Positions 10,395 through 22,472 are shown, counted from the first letter of the whole stretch. The stretch: DNA of 61,575 nucleotides, filler included, from Asterionella formosa (GCA_002256025.1; 22 parts of 22 records of this genome joined end to end with filler, not necessarily neighbours in it), one strand, 5' to 3'. Numbers and translations: made by a program. The notes: generated by a model not told the origin, from the sequence alone.

Positions 10395-10683
10395 ACTCTA
10401 AGTCTACGAGAACGTTTTGCATATACAAATTCCGATTCCAATATTTTGGCGACTGTTGAAAAAGCCGATTGGGTCGACTTTTAGGATGAGGATTGCTCTA
10501 CATCTGCGGGTTTCATCAAGATTAAAGTAGATAGCCGTGTACCCTATAACGTCAGGAGTCAACTTCTGGAGAGAAACTGCAGTTATTTATCGTAGATTTT
10601 TAGAAAAGCTTCGTTGCCCCTTTTTTGACTATTTTTGCGATAGCTACGATTCTACAATACATAACTGCAGTTTCTTTCCAGAA
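10395..10683. repeat. Dispersed repeat (inverted copy at 30884-31080) ending in a 120-bp hairpin
   Basis: GATTCCAATATTTTGG...GTCGACTTTT matches contig 12 in reverse. Hairpin arms 10564-10596 and 10651-10683, 3 mismatches. Confidence 0.8.
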
Positions 10684-13529
10684 ATGAGGGCCTTACCATA
10701 TCTGTAGATAGAACATACCCCTAAGTTGACCCATGACTGTATCTAAGCATGTGCAAAGTGGTCGTATTGGTGAAAGCTAATTTTACCTTAAACTATTTTA
10801 TGTACTTGTTCGTAATGTGTGGATGAAGGTACATCATAGAATTATTTTGGGAAAGAACGGACCTCGCAATGTGTAACGGCGAGCTTAAATCTGAAATGTG
10901 GCCAAGATAGGCTGAAAGATGAAGAAGTTGAAAATCGCGAAGTAACAATGGTAATTTTTTTCGGAGTTTTAGCGCTGGTATGTTTCGACGTAGTAGACAC
11001 ATCATGTAGAAGTAGTTTTATCACGATGAAGCTAGACAAAACTGCTCATTTATACAAAGGATTGTCACAACGAGGATGAGCTTGATGATTCAAGCGACAA
11101 TCTCTACTGCTAACTGGGATGTTTTGCTCCACTTTTCCACAGTGATNNNNNNNNNNNNNNNNNNNNNNNNNNNNNNNNNNNNNNNNNNNNTTAATTAATT
11201 AANNNNNNNNNNNNNNNNNNNNNNNNNNNNNNNNNNNNNNNNNNNNGGCATGTAGCCACCGAGAAGGGTATTACTGAGGCAATTCACAAACTAGCTATCG
11301 TCACTCCATTCGCTTACCTACTGCCCACTCATCGAGTGTAAATGTCAATTTTAGCTCGCTATAGCCCATCATAAAAAAAAATTTCGTATATTTCCTATCT
11401 TCACATCGAAATTTGCAATGGGTCCGATATTGCCCATCATTAAAATATTATTTGGATATTTCCTATCTTCGCATTTTGGCTTTTCAATTTACAGCACTTG
11501 CCCCTCGGTTATCCAGCCCTGGGATTGCCGAAGTCGGCAAGGGGTCTACCAGTACTGAAGGAAACAATTTTATATACTCTACAGATTTAATATTTTATAT
11601 GTAGAATTCACCTCGTTTTTGTTCGTCTCCTGAAAAGTGGACTCCGGCAATTCACCTTTCACCATGCCAATCGTCGTCCATCATGACCGGTTTGAAGCGA
11701 AATCAGTTCACTGATGATGCCAGTAGTGATTCATTTTCTAATGGATGCAGTTGGTTGTTGTATGATTGCTTGTCTTCTTGAGGGATTCATGTAGTTGCAT
11801 CGTCCATATTTCGTCGGACGAACGATGATATTGATACATCTGATGTTGGCGGCAAGTTTTTGCTCCGGTCATGCATCTGATGAGGCTGTATACTCGACCG
11901 TTAGTCACCTAGTCTACATACGTACGTGGTACTAAAAACAATCATGCATGGTTTAACCTAAACTTTAACACTTACTTTGAACACGTTATGATATATCTCT
12001 GTAGACTCGTTATTGTTTTTACGAGACCAGAATGTTAAATTAGATTGTTCACATATTGATTGATTTTATGTACCGTATGCCCGATTTCGTCCTCACAATT
12101 ATAATTCTCACTCTATCCTGCCTGCCATTGCTCAATTCGGGCTTGCAACAGGAACTTTCGACTTTCTCATCCCATCGTCTGCTGTGTGTTACGCTTGTTA
12201 GAGTGGATCGGTGAGTACAACAGTGAAACACTGAATGTAATCGTAGATACTAATTGTCGAAGTTCCGATTTGATTGCTTCCATGGTCCATTTTGATCGCT
12301 TCCATCGTTGTTTGTCGTTCCACCCTGGCTGTCGTTTTGTTTCGATAGTATATATCTATATAAGAACCAGTGTTTTTCCTGATGACTACTCTTTGACGAC
12401 ATATTGTCGTTGATCGTATTTGTTGATTTGCATAGTCGTTTACCATGATGTCAATATTGCCGCCAAGCAATGCTTTTCTTGTTCTAACGCACTTTGCTAC
12501 ATTTCTACTACGAGTTCGTATCACAAGCTACATAAATACTCAGATAGAGAGAGTCAATAGTGCTGGAGCAGCATGACGATCACGCTTGCTCAGAATGGAA
12601 TGATCAGGGTTGCTTGTTTGGTGCTGGGCAGAGTCATGACTGTGGCAGAAATACTGCTATGGTGTCAGGCTACTACAGCGATGCGCATGGTTGCAGCAAC
12701 CAGACCATTTACACTACATAACTATGCAGGTCTAAATTGGGTTCAGCTTTTTTCTTCTTCTTTCGGTCTTCGATTGTGTGGTGATGGAAAGTCAATGTTG
12801 CCAGTGTAAGTACAGTAGTACAATGGTTCACAATGCATACATCTCCGTTAAAACTCCAATTTTTCACTTCATTTCTAACCCAAAACAATTTTTTCTATTT
12901 CTCATTTGATGCAACTTATTACATCTCATTTCATTCTTTGGTTGCTCCAAACATCATGTTCAATTTTCATTGATGTTGCATGTTGTTACAATCATTCTCG
13001 TGTTTTTTATGCTTCTTGTAACATCCTATGCATATTACCGTTATTCTGGCTGTCATGCTAAAAATCGGCAATTTTAATGCCGAAAAATTCGATGTGTCCC
13101 ATATTGCCCTTAAATTAAAATTACTTAAGAAATTACTTAGAGCCTAAAAATTACTTAGAAGTACCCGAATGGCAAGACGATAGCTGGAGCGGGAATTGCC
13201 CATTCCTGTATCGAACCCCTGTATCGAGCCTGCGAACACAGTGGTACCAGCAAGTTGCGGTCATTTTGCTTAAATAAACAATTTATACGGGATAAAGAGA
13301 GCTACATGGTATTGTATATATGAGGTACAGTGTCGTACATTACCAGTGTACCGGTATCTGGTACTAGAATACCATGATATGATTGTTGTACATCCAAACG
13401 GTACACATCTAGCATAACAGCATTACGAATAAAAATATATGTCATAGTGTTCATCATAGTACATACCGGCAGCTATTTATATGACAATATTCTTAAAAAT
13501 TTCTTAGCAAATCTTGTTATTCCAAAACC

Positions 13530-13954
13530 ATGTCGAATCAATTGCATGCCAGAAAGAAACCAGTTGGGTCCGGCAACCTCGGATCTTTCGATGCGACTGA
13601 AGATCCGAGCAACAAAGGCAAATTAAAGGGGGCCGCTCAAACCATACCCGCTTCAATTGGAACTCTAGCTATTGCTCTATTCCTTTTCTATTCGTTGTGG
13701 AGGACAAGGGCAGAGGCAACACAAGATAATATTCCATCGGTACCCCGTTTTGGTACTTCCTCTGGACATTCGTACGTCACCGTGGTCATGCCCTCCGTGG
13801 TTAATCCTTCAGGAAGATCCACCCGTCTGGACACCATCGCTTCGACTTGGGGGCCGTTGTCTCATGCGATTTTTGTTTTGCACAATGTTTCTGAATTCCA
13901 ACAGGCACCGCACTTGGCGCTCAACGTTCAAACATTTCCTCAAACTCTCTTGGT
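13530..13954 (+). CDS. 5' part of a type II membrane glycosyltransferase, probably GT31/fringe-like (allele A)
   Basis: Short cytosolic N-terminus, one TM (IGTLAIALFLFYSLW), stem, then VTVVMPS...RLDTIASTWG...AIFV, resembling the GT31 R-x-TW motif. Confidence 0.65.
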
Positions 13955-14599
13955 NNNNNNNNNNNNNNNNNNNNNNNNNNNNNNNNNNNNNNNNNNNNTT
14001 AATTAATTAANNNNNNNNNNNNNNNNNNNNNNNNNNNNNNNNNNNNNNNNNNNNCTAGCCCTCCGACTGTCTAGTCGACAAGACGCCAGCAGAACAATCA
14101 ACTCCTCAAGAGATCTTTCCGCGTATGCCATGGTTGCGATATTAGGGCATGCAAACAAAAAGTAAAAACAAAATTTTATATGTAGAGTATATTTGTATAA
14201 ATAAAATATTCACATAACAATACTCGTAGAATTTTGAACTCGGCATCATCATGTTGATCCTCCTCACGGACTGAAATGATCAGTGGATGGCATTACTTCT
14301 GCTCATCATCACACAGCCATCATGCATATAATATGAATACCGGAACATTCATATCACGTGGAGTATGTTTACCCGCAGTAAATACCCTGCTGGAAGGCCC
14401 GGCAATGGAGATATTTAGCTTTGTCTTTGCATAAGTAAAACCGTATTTTGCCGGACCTTCCTGTAGATCCTGCAATTATTATTTAGACCTCTCCTACCAG
14501 TGCCTGGTAACTTGTTCGTATCAGGTACTCCTGCCAGTCTACCGCAGTGTCCAATTCTGTTCATAACAAAGTTATTGTGAATTGTTTAAGTCTAAATTA

Positions 14600-14800
14600 T
14601 ATGAAAAAATGCGCAATCGTCAGTGACTTCAATTTTCGTTGTCAGTATTAGTGTTCCTACAATAATTCTTTTACAATTGTATCGCCCATGTCATGCGACT
14701 TCATGGATGGTGTACAAATTAGGAAAGAGTCATCCTTAATTTTCGTGGAGATGTTTGCTATTTTAGTCATGGTCAAGGCTGAAATGACATAATGAGCATA
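14600..14800. repeat. Old dispersed repeat shared with about 60065-60265
   Basis: Shared TCAATTTTCGTT...ATTAGTGTT and AATTTTCG..GAGAT...TATTTT.GTCATGGTCAAGG in the same order. Confidence 0.6.
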
Positions 14801-15258
14801 GTTGGTATGTATGATGATGCTGGTAGTTCCGAATTTCAATGCCCAATGACTTGTTCGAAAATGTAGATGAAGATGCATAGGTTGTTTTCATCATGTTGGC
14901 TGGCGAAAGAGGACAATTTTGAGTTTGGAGAGAATAACGCAAAGTTTGTTTACTTTTGTGTACTACCGGTAGTCATCATTGTCATTTTCTTTTTTACCAA
15001 TTTGTCCACCTTTTGACATTTTCTTATTTGGAAAAATAAAATTAGCATAGGCTTATGTCACTGCTGGTAAGTCGTGTTACACATGATTTCAACCAGTGAA
15101 TTGATGAAATTCTCAATGTATGTATAATGAATCATGACTGCACCTGTCCCATGTCACACTGTCCATTTCAGCAAATGGCTGCAAATGCTTGCTGGTACCT
15201 GGTACCAGGTAACAGGAACTTTGGTATGGTTCCTCCACTTGTACCAGGGTACCTGGTC

Positions 15259-16433
15259 CTCCCTCCGGGCGAAAATAGTTTTGGTGATTCTTAAATTTTC
15301 TCTAGGGCCATTGTGATGCCTATGACTTTCTCCAGCTCAATTGCCCTAATGTGCGCCATCCTAAAAGCTAGCGATCTATGTTTAATATATATGTACCAAA
15401 TTTAAAATTGGCAACTACATTTCAAAAAAAATTTGGCGCTTTTTCGATTTTCACTTTTGCCCACCAGCACTATCCCCCCTTTGCTTTGCCACCACCTGCC
15501 TACTCTTAACAAGCACAGGAAGATTTTTTTTCAGTAGAATAGCGTCAAAGGTTTCTCAATTGGGGTTTACAGAACCTCAAAAGAAGACTTGATGGAAGTG
15601 ATGAAATAGAAGGTCGGCTCATTCTGTTGCTGGGAACTGTTAAATTCTTGTTGCATAGCTCAGATGTGAATAAAACAACTGTGCAACAAATATGGAATCG
15701 CGTGTCCGCCTTTTACTATTTAGCTTATCGTGAAAATTTTGCCTCGCTTTCCCGTAAACATGAGTCAGGCCAGCATCAAAAATAAGATCATGATGAGGTC
15801 GTGGTTGCCGCTTTAAAAGCAATTCCATTCCACAAATGCACCGCATACAGAAAGCTGGCTTCAGCATTTGCTAAAATCCACAGTAAATTATATCGCAAGA
15901 GACAACTGACATGGGATATCATCTGAGCACATACAAATGCCCTCCGTCCAAAGTTGACAGAGGATTGTAAGAATAGCTTGTTTTTATGTTCTTGCGTCAA
16001 TCATCTGCAATTGAATCACCCAGATCAATTTCACCGTTCGCCTGAAGTGGCTTTCAACCCAGCTAAGTTTGGGCTTTGTGACGGCTTTTACAAACAGGTT
16101 CATGTGGATGAAAAATGGTTTTAAGTTCAGGAGGTTGAACAGTGATTCTACTGGACTGAGGAAGAGAGGGGCCCCATTTGCGGGACCAAACACAAGGATC
16201 ATATTGAAAATGTAAAGTTCCTATCCACTGTTGCTTGTCTCAGATATGACGAAAATCGAGTGTGTACATTTGATAGAATTATATGGTCCTTCATTCAGCA
16301 GACTCTGGTGCTTAGGAATTTCTTAAACTGACCAGATGGGATAATGATAACAACAAATATAGCAGTAACAAAACAGGACTATGCAGATGTGGTGATTAAC
16401 AATGTGTTACTGGCAATTTGGGAGAAACGGCCA
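15259..16433 (+). mobile_element. Degraded plant-type (DD39D-like) mariner element: left TIR plus transposase pseudogene
   Basis: Stowaway/mariner-like terminus CTCCCTCCG..AAAATA at 15259. Decayed motifs HTNALRPKLTE, VHVDEKWF (16098-16121), KFLSTVACLRYDENRVCTFD and VINNVLLAIWEKRP; many stops; right part missing. Confidence 0.85.
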
Positions 16434-16861
16434 GTCCATGATGAATATTGTGGTACCACCATCATGCAATGCATGTTCTCCTGTTGTTGTCCCCATAACG
16501 TGTACTGTGGCACACCATTAATATGAATTCTTAAATTAAATATTCTGGTACTTCCCAGATTTCTTGATATGGAACACAAACCAAATTAAACCCAAAGAGG
16601 ATATCTGTAATTACTCCATTTGTAAATAAGCCTATATCTCTGGTGTGATGCAACTAAGTAAGCTAGATTTCAAAATTTATACCAGTCAATTTCTCACTTA
16701 TTTCCCACAATGACTTGGCTTTGTTCATATCAAGAGCAGTCTCGCCAACACTTTTAGCCTTNNNNNNNNNNNNNNNNNNNNNNNNNNNNNNNNNNNNNNN
16801 NNNNNTTAATTAATTAANNNNNNNNNNNNNNNNNNNNNNNNNNNNNNNNNNNNNNNNNNNN

Positions 16862-19567
16862 ACCACTTCCCAGTTGTTGCGGACCTACCTGGGCTTACCA
16901 GAATCCCAGAGATGGGGATTGCCCCACCACGGCCGGAATCACTGTACCGGCGGATTGTGATGGAGGAGAAGGAACTCAAAGTAACCGTTACTGTGGCTAG
17001 TAGTAACTATTGGCAGCCACTAGCTGACTCGCTGGATGAAGACCTGGAGGATGTAATCGAGTGTTCAAATTCACTTGAAAACCCCACCAGTTACCACCAG
17101 GAAAGGTTGGATGGTATGGCCAAGAAGTTCACTACAACATGTCACCAGGTGGCAGAGGACCTGAACCTCCACCAACGGGTGGCGGGACTAAACCCACCAA
17201 GAGTGACAGGACAGGTACGTCGGGCGATTGAGACCCGAAGGAGGATCTTCCGGGAAACCCGGAGGGCGGAGTCGCGAGGAGACCGTGAAGATGTAGCACG
17301 GCTTGGGGACATGTACAAGGCTGCCAAAGAGAGGGCGCAGAAGGTGATCCGCCTCTCGGGTAGGCGGGCATGGTATAAGGCAATTAGGGAGGCTCATGTC
17401 AATATGCGCGAGAAACCTCGCCATTATTGGCGGTGGGCCTCAGCGACTGCAGGATGGCGCCAGAAGAGCAGCATCGCAGGTGTCCAACCGGTCCTTGACC
17501 CGGATGGACGCCTGCTGACAGCTTTGACTGATATTCATCAGGCCTGGGGAGCGCACTATGCCTCTCTAGCAGCAGATGAAACCGGTCATAGCCAGGAGGC
17601 CCAATATTGGGAGAAATTTGACCCGCACCCACAGGCAAATGAGGGGATCCGTTCGCTGGACGAACCCTTCACAACCTCCGATATTTGGACTGCCCTAAGG
17701 AAGATGAAGAGCCATCGGGCTCCGGGCGGTGACGGGATACCCACTGAACTGCTACAGGCATGTTTGGCGGAGGAACGGGCCCTACTTTCCCACCTTCAAA
17801 ACTATCGGGAAGAGGAGCCCACCCCGCCACCATCCACTCCAATGACGGACTCACTAGGAACCCTACTCAACTTTGCGTATGAGAGGGGACTGGTGGCCCA
17901 GTCGTGGGCTGAGTCACTAGTCGTCTCAATACCTAAGAAAGGGGACTTGGCTGATATGAACAACTATCGGGGGATTTCGCTCATGGCCACTGTCCTCAAG
18001 GTGGTGTGTGTGATCCTTGGTACCAGGATAAATGTGGAAGCGGAATCTCGAGGGCTGTTTAGCCGAGCCCAGGCTGGCTTTCGCCAGAGAGAGGAATGTG
18101 TAACCCAGGTAGCCTGTGTCATGGAAATCATACAACGCCGGAGGATAGTGGGAGAGCCGACCTACGTGGTATTCGTAGACCTCAAGAAGGCATATGATAC
18201 GGTGCCCCACGAGGCGCTCTTTGCGAAACTATCCCGGTTTGGGATCAGGGGACGTTGCCTTGCTTTTCTACGTGCCCTTTATCGCAGCAGTACAATCAGG
18301 GTACGAGTGGGGGGTGGCTTGACTGCCCTTTACTCGGACCCCTGCAGACTGTTGCGAGGTGTGCGGCAGGGTTGCCCTCTTTCGCCTATACTGTTCAACA
18401 TCTTCATTGATGACTTGGCAGTGGGGACGGAGGAGAGCGGTGCCCTGGTACCAACTGGGGACAGTCGCACATGGCGGAACTCCACACCCAAACTGACAGT
18501 GGGATGTACCCTCTTTGCTGATGATGCGGCCGGAATCTGCCCCTCCCTGGAGGCGGCCAAACGGTTCTGTACGCACGTTACCAACTGGGTTACAGCTAAC
18601 GAGATGAGTGTGGGCATAGGGAAGTGCGGGCTGATGGAATTCCTACCGCCAGACCCAGGTTCGGCCACCGAACCGCTTGTCCCTGGACAAGATGTGGCTG
18701 GACTGGAACTGGAGGGACTTCCACTCCCTGTTGTGGACAGATATATGTATCTGGGTGTCCTCATGACACCAGGTCTGTCTATCTCGTCTATGGTGGACCA
18801 TAGAGTCAAGCAAGGGCGGGCCACAGTTGCCACCTTGGTACCGTTTCTACGGTGCCCGGTGGTACCAATGGCCATGCGTTTGCTGACTGTTGCAGGAGTA
18901 GTTGCCCCCCGCCTCCTTTTTGGGGCTGAGCTGTATGGTATGAACCGTCACCTTACGGACAAAATGCAGGTTCTTCTGAACCGATGCCTTAGGGCTAGCA
19001 TTGGAGCCAGGAGGGCAGGGGGTGTGCCATCAGTAGGCCTTTGGAAGGAGGCACGGATGTTGCCAATGTGTGCCTTGGCGGGTGCCCGACGGGCCAGAGC
19101 TTATGCCAAGGCCTCGGGTCTCAAAACCTGGCTTCAGGAATTGGTCCTAAGACCATTCCGAAGTCAGAAATGGACATGGTGCTCAGGGGGTCCGCGCTGG
19201 CTGAAACGCTATGCGCTCCCCCATGCACCGGTGTCTATTGTGGAGAGGTACTTGGGTGCTGGATGGCAGAGCCTGGAACCAAAGGTACTGGCTGAGGTAG
19301 TGAAAGCATGCATCTTGGAGAGAGAGTGTGGGATCCGACGGAACTTGACTCGTCCGTCGGGGGCCCGCACAGTGTGGTATGAGGGAGCCGGATTTGACAA
19401 GCATCCACTCACACGGTCACGTGTGGGGGGCAGTCCCAACGACCAAGCAGGACTGGCTTTGATAGTTCGGTGTCGGATTGGGGCATTTGTAACTGTCCCC
19501 ACCTTGGTGGGGTGGAAGCGAATGCCTCATAGGTATTTGAGGAAGTGTCCATTTTGTGGTATGGATG
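16862..19567 (+). mobile_element. Non-LTR retrotransposon (LINE) ORF2 region, copy 1
   Basis: Whole contig is one GC-rich open frame with APE end, RT and CCHC start. Confidence 0.95.
16864..19567 (+). CDS. LINE ORF2 protein, partial at both ends: end of APE endonuclease, reverse transcriptase, start of C-terminal zinc finger
   Basis: Frame open from 16864 ((D)HFPV, APE end); APGGDGI, NYRGISL, QAGFR, FVDLKKAYDTV, GVRQGCPLSP, LFADD, YMYLG, CPFC. Confidence 0.95.
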
Positions 19568-19726
19568 NNNNNNNNNNNNNNNNNNNNNNNNNNNNNNNNN
19601 NNNNNNNNNNNTTAATTAATTAANNNNNNNNNNNNNNNNNNNNNNNNNNNNNNNNNNNNNNNNNNNNACCTGGTACTATAATGACCGATATATTACTTAC
19701 ACGTTTACACTCACATCATCAACATC

Positions 19727-20722
19727 ATGGCAACTAGAACGACGGCGGCGAGGCCTCTTTTCATCCTACTTGCAGTGACTTTGGTGGCATCCTTTGCACC
19801 ACCTAATACCCGACCTAGTCCTCGCCATGTAGATCTTGCTGCTAGTACCACTAAAGTTGTGGACGTTTGGAGCAAATTCTTGGGATCGGCAGTGCTGGTA
19901 GCGTCACTGGTCGTAGCAGCTCCAGCTTGGGCAGATGAGATTGGAAGGGAGACAGAGGCACCGACGCTCTTTACAGGAGAATCCGTAATGGTGAGTGGTA
20001 TTTTCCATCATCGTTGCTTGATGGACCAAAGACTACTACTAGGAATTGTGTGTGAGTCAAAACAGCATTGTGGCACCATATTTGGTATTAATGTTTTTGT
20101 TTCATTCCAATCAAGATTTGCAAAAAACGAGGACCTCTGGGAGCTTGCTTGGAGACAGAAGTTCGAACAGAATTGAATGACAATGACAGGGCCAAGCGGT
20201 ACTTCAAGGACCCTGCACTAATGGTCAAGCAACGCAAGGATGCTGAGGCTCTGGAAAAGGAAACAGAAGGGAACGCTCTAATTGCCAAACTAAGACAGCA
20301 AACAGAGGACAATAAGGAGAAGAATGATTCCATTGTGCGAAGAAAGACATTGGAAAATGATCAAGTGAGTTTTTTTGGTCGTGTGCCATGTTGGATTATG
20401 TAGTTCTTGAGGCGTTGCATCCGATGCTATACATTCGTAAATGGATCACACAAACTCATGTCTTCCTTCTCTCCAGTCCGCTTCCTTTGGACCATTTGAC
20501 CGCCAAGTCGTTATTCTAAACGCAGATGGTAACAGCTATACACTGCTAGAGAATCCACAAGCTATGAGACTCAAAAAGGCAGGCTTCATCAAGGATAGAA
20601 AATTTGTCACTCAACCCACGAAACAAGAATTGGACGATGCACTTGTAGCGCCAGAAAACTTGTTCGATGGAATTTCAAAGGCAGTATTCGGTGACGCCAA
20701 GAAAGAAGTGGTGTTAGAGTAA
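19727..20722 (+). CDS. Thylakoid-lumen-targeted protein of unknown function, 3 exons (19727-19990, 20116-20364, 20477-20722)
   Basis: Signal peptide ending VAS-FAP, transit peptide, lumenal signal LVASLVVAAPAWA-DE. Two GTGAGT...AG phase-0 introns join three ORF pieces into one frame ending in TAA. Confidence 0.85.
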
Positions 20723-20893
20723 AAGCATATCACGCTGTATCAAAAAAGGAAATTGAATATTTTTTCCTAGTTTCACAATTAAATCTATCTATGTAGCTTC
20801 CTATACTCCCGGGTGCACTCCTGTAGGAGGGCAGGTTAAAAACGAGAACAGTAGGAATGACAAGTCCTTCATGATATGACAAAAACCCCTTTT

Positions 20894-22372
20894 CTAGCGA
20901 AAGAAAGGAAGCTGTAACAAGTCTCGTGCTGTCGCTGGTTTGCCTGCTGCGACTTGCTCTCGTGCTAGCCATAATCCTTCCAACATGGTCCAACCGTCCT
21001 CGGCATCTAGCCACTCAACCAAGTTCGACCAAATACCTTCTTCGGCATCCAGGTAGTCCCGAAATTGTTCAAGATCCTTGTCAAAAATATCACCCAAAAG
21101 TCTTTGAATCGAATCTTCGTCAGTTGCCGGCATTTTTATGTCTGGTGTTTCGATGTCTGCTAGTGATGTCAAGAGAAGGCCAACAATGACAAAGCCTAAT
21201 GCATGTAAATCTTCTGCTTGCATGAATGGAACCGCATTTTCTGGTGTCCTTATTTTAATTCCAAAGGTTCGAGCGCGGCCTTGTAGATCAGTGTCATAGA
21301 CTCCCAACTCAGTCGAGAATCCAAAGTCGGCCAACTTGACTACCAGCTGAGACGGATTTGTCGTGAATACATTTGACGCCACAGTCTTATCCATTTCTGT
21401 GCTGGATAGGATAATCGAGGACCTACCGATAGATTTGTGGGCGATTCCAGCCTCGTGCAGCTCCGCTAGTGCATTCAGTATTTGCTTTATAATGGCCTTG
21501 ACGTATCTTGCGCGATCTTGAAATAGTGGCAAAGGAGGTTGGCCCTGATATCCAAGAAGTCCTCGCTTCGGAGGCAAATTTGCGCGACGAATGGAGGGTG
21601 GCAAACAGTATAGCTGGAGCGAAGTGAGACCAGCGTATTCATAGACAATCCAAATCGCATTTGGTTTTGGCGGAGGGACACCCAGAGCTCGGTAGAATTC
21701 ATTGGGCTCCATGTTGCCTTCCAACTCTGCCAAGTTGACTTCACCGAGGATCCCAAGGTAGGGCGACTTGATAAGTTTCTGGCACAACATCACAACGTTT
21801 TGATTGTCTGTTCGAGACAAAACGGAGCGCGAGGAAGCAGCTTGGATCCAATCCACCCCCTTGGCAACCAAATTGGATTGGAGCTTCCCCACCGCCATCC
21901 ATTCTGCTCGAGCGAGGTCCAATGCTAATTGCCCTGTGAACTCCTTTACTAACACTCTCTTGTCCAATCCCTGCGCTCGTACGGACGCTCCAAGAGCCCC
22001 AACAAATTCTCCTCTGAAAATTCTAACAACACTCCCACTCGATGCTCTCGTGCGTTTCGGCTGTGATGGATCCATAGGATTGGGCTGCACTGCCTTCCTA
22101 TCATTGCCATCCTCGTCTTGTCGATAGTATTCCCAGTCTGTCACCTCATCAAACCCCATGCTGCCTACGTAATTTGAGAGCACCACATCTTGCCCCAGAA
22201 TGAATTGTCTCACTTGTGTCCCCGAGCGATCCTCGGGCTTTGCCACCTGAGGAAACAGGTCAGAAATCAGGAGCTCTTGATTTTCCTCGAAATAATCATC
22301 GAAATCGCCTTTCCATTCATTCGCGGAGCATTTGAAGCTATATCTCTGTGACTTCTGGATGCTTTGGAAGCA
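20894..22372 (-). CDS. Protein-kinase-like protein, probable plastid pseudokinase; 5'-partial
   Basis: Frame open to contig end 22372. Kinase landmarks VLVKEF, WIVYEY, HKSIGRSSIIL (in the HRD position), VKLADFG, EDLHALG and PATARDLLQLPFF. Confidence 0.85.
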   Translation of the reverse strand, partial: CFQSIQKSQRYSFKCSANEWKGDFDDYFEENQELLISDLFPQVAKPEDRSGTQVRQFILGQDVVLSNYVGSMGFDEVTDWEYYRQDEDGNDRKAVQPNPMDPSQPKRTRASSGSVVRIFRGEFVGALGASVRAQGLDKRVLVKEFTGQLALDLARAEWMAVGKLQSNLVAKGVDWIQAASSRSVLSRTDNQNVVMLCQKLIKSPYLGILGEVNLAELEGNMEPNEFYRALGVPPPKPNAIWIVYEYAGLTSLQLYCLPPSIRRANLPPKRGLLGYQGQPPLPLFQDRARYVKAIIKQILNALAELHEAGIAHKSIGRSSIILSSTEMDKTVASNVFTTNPSQLVVKLADFGFSTELGVYDTDLQGRARTFGIKIRTPENAVPFMQAEDLHALGFVIVGLLLTSLADIETPDIKMPATDEDSIQRLLGDIFDKDLEQFRDYLDAEEGIWSNLVEWLDAEDGWTMLEGLWLAREQVAAGKPATARDLLQLPFFR

Positions 22373-22472
22373 NNNNNNNNNNNNNNNNNNNNNNNNNNNN
22401 NNNNNNNNNNNNNNNNTTAATTAATTAANNNNNNNNNNNNNNNNNNNNNNNNNNNNNNNNNNNNNNNNNNNN

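Noticed and set aside
14055..14131. Possible gene start MAYAERSLEELIVLLASC on the minus strand at a contig edge
   Set aside because: Only about 25 codons, nothing diagnostic.
15707..15718. CGCCTTTTACTA matching the U5 snRNA loop I
   Set aside because: No flanking stem or Sm site; lies inside the mariner pseudogene.
17132..19502. Many antisense ORFs within the LINE, copia, kinase and TM9SF genes
   Set aside because: Shadow ORFs of GC-rich coding sequence with no independent motifs.
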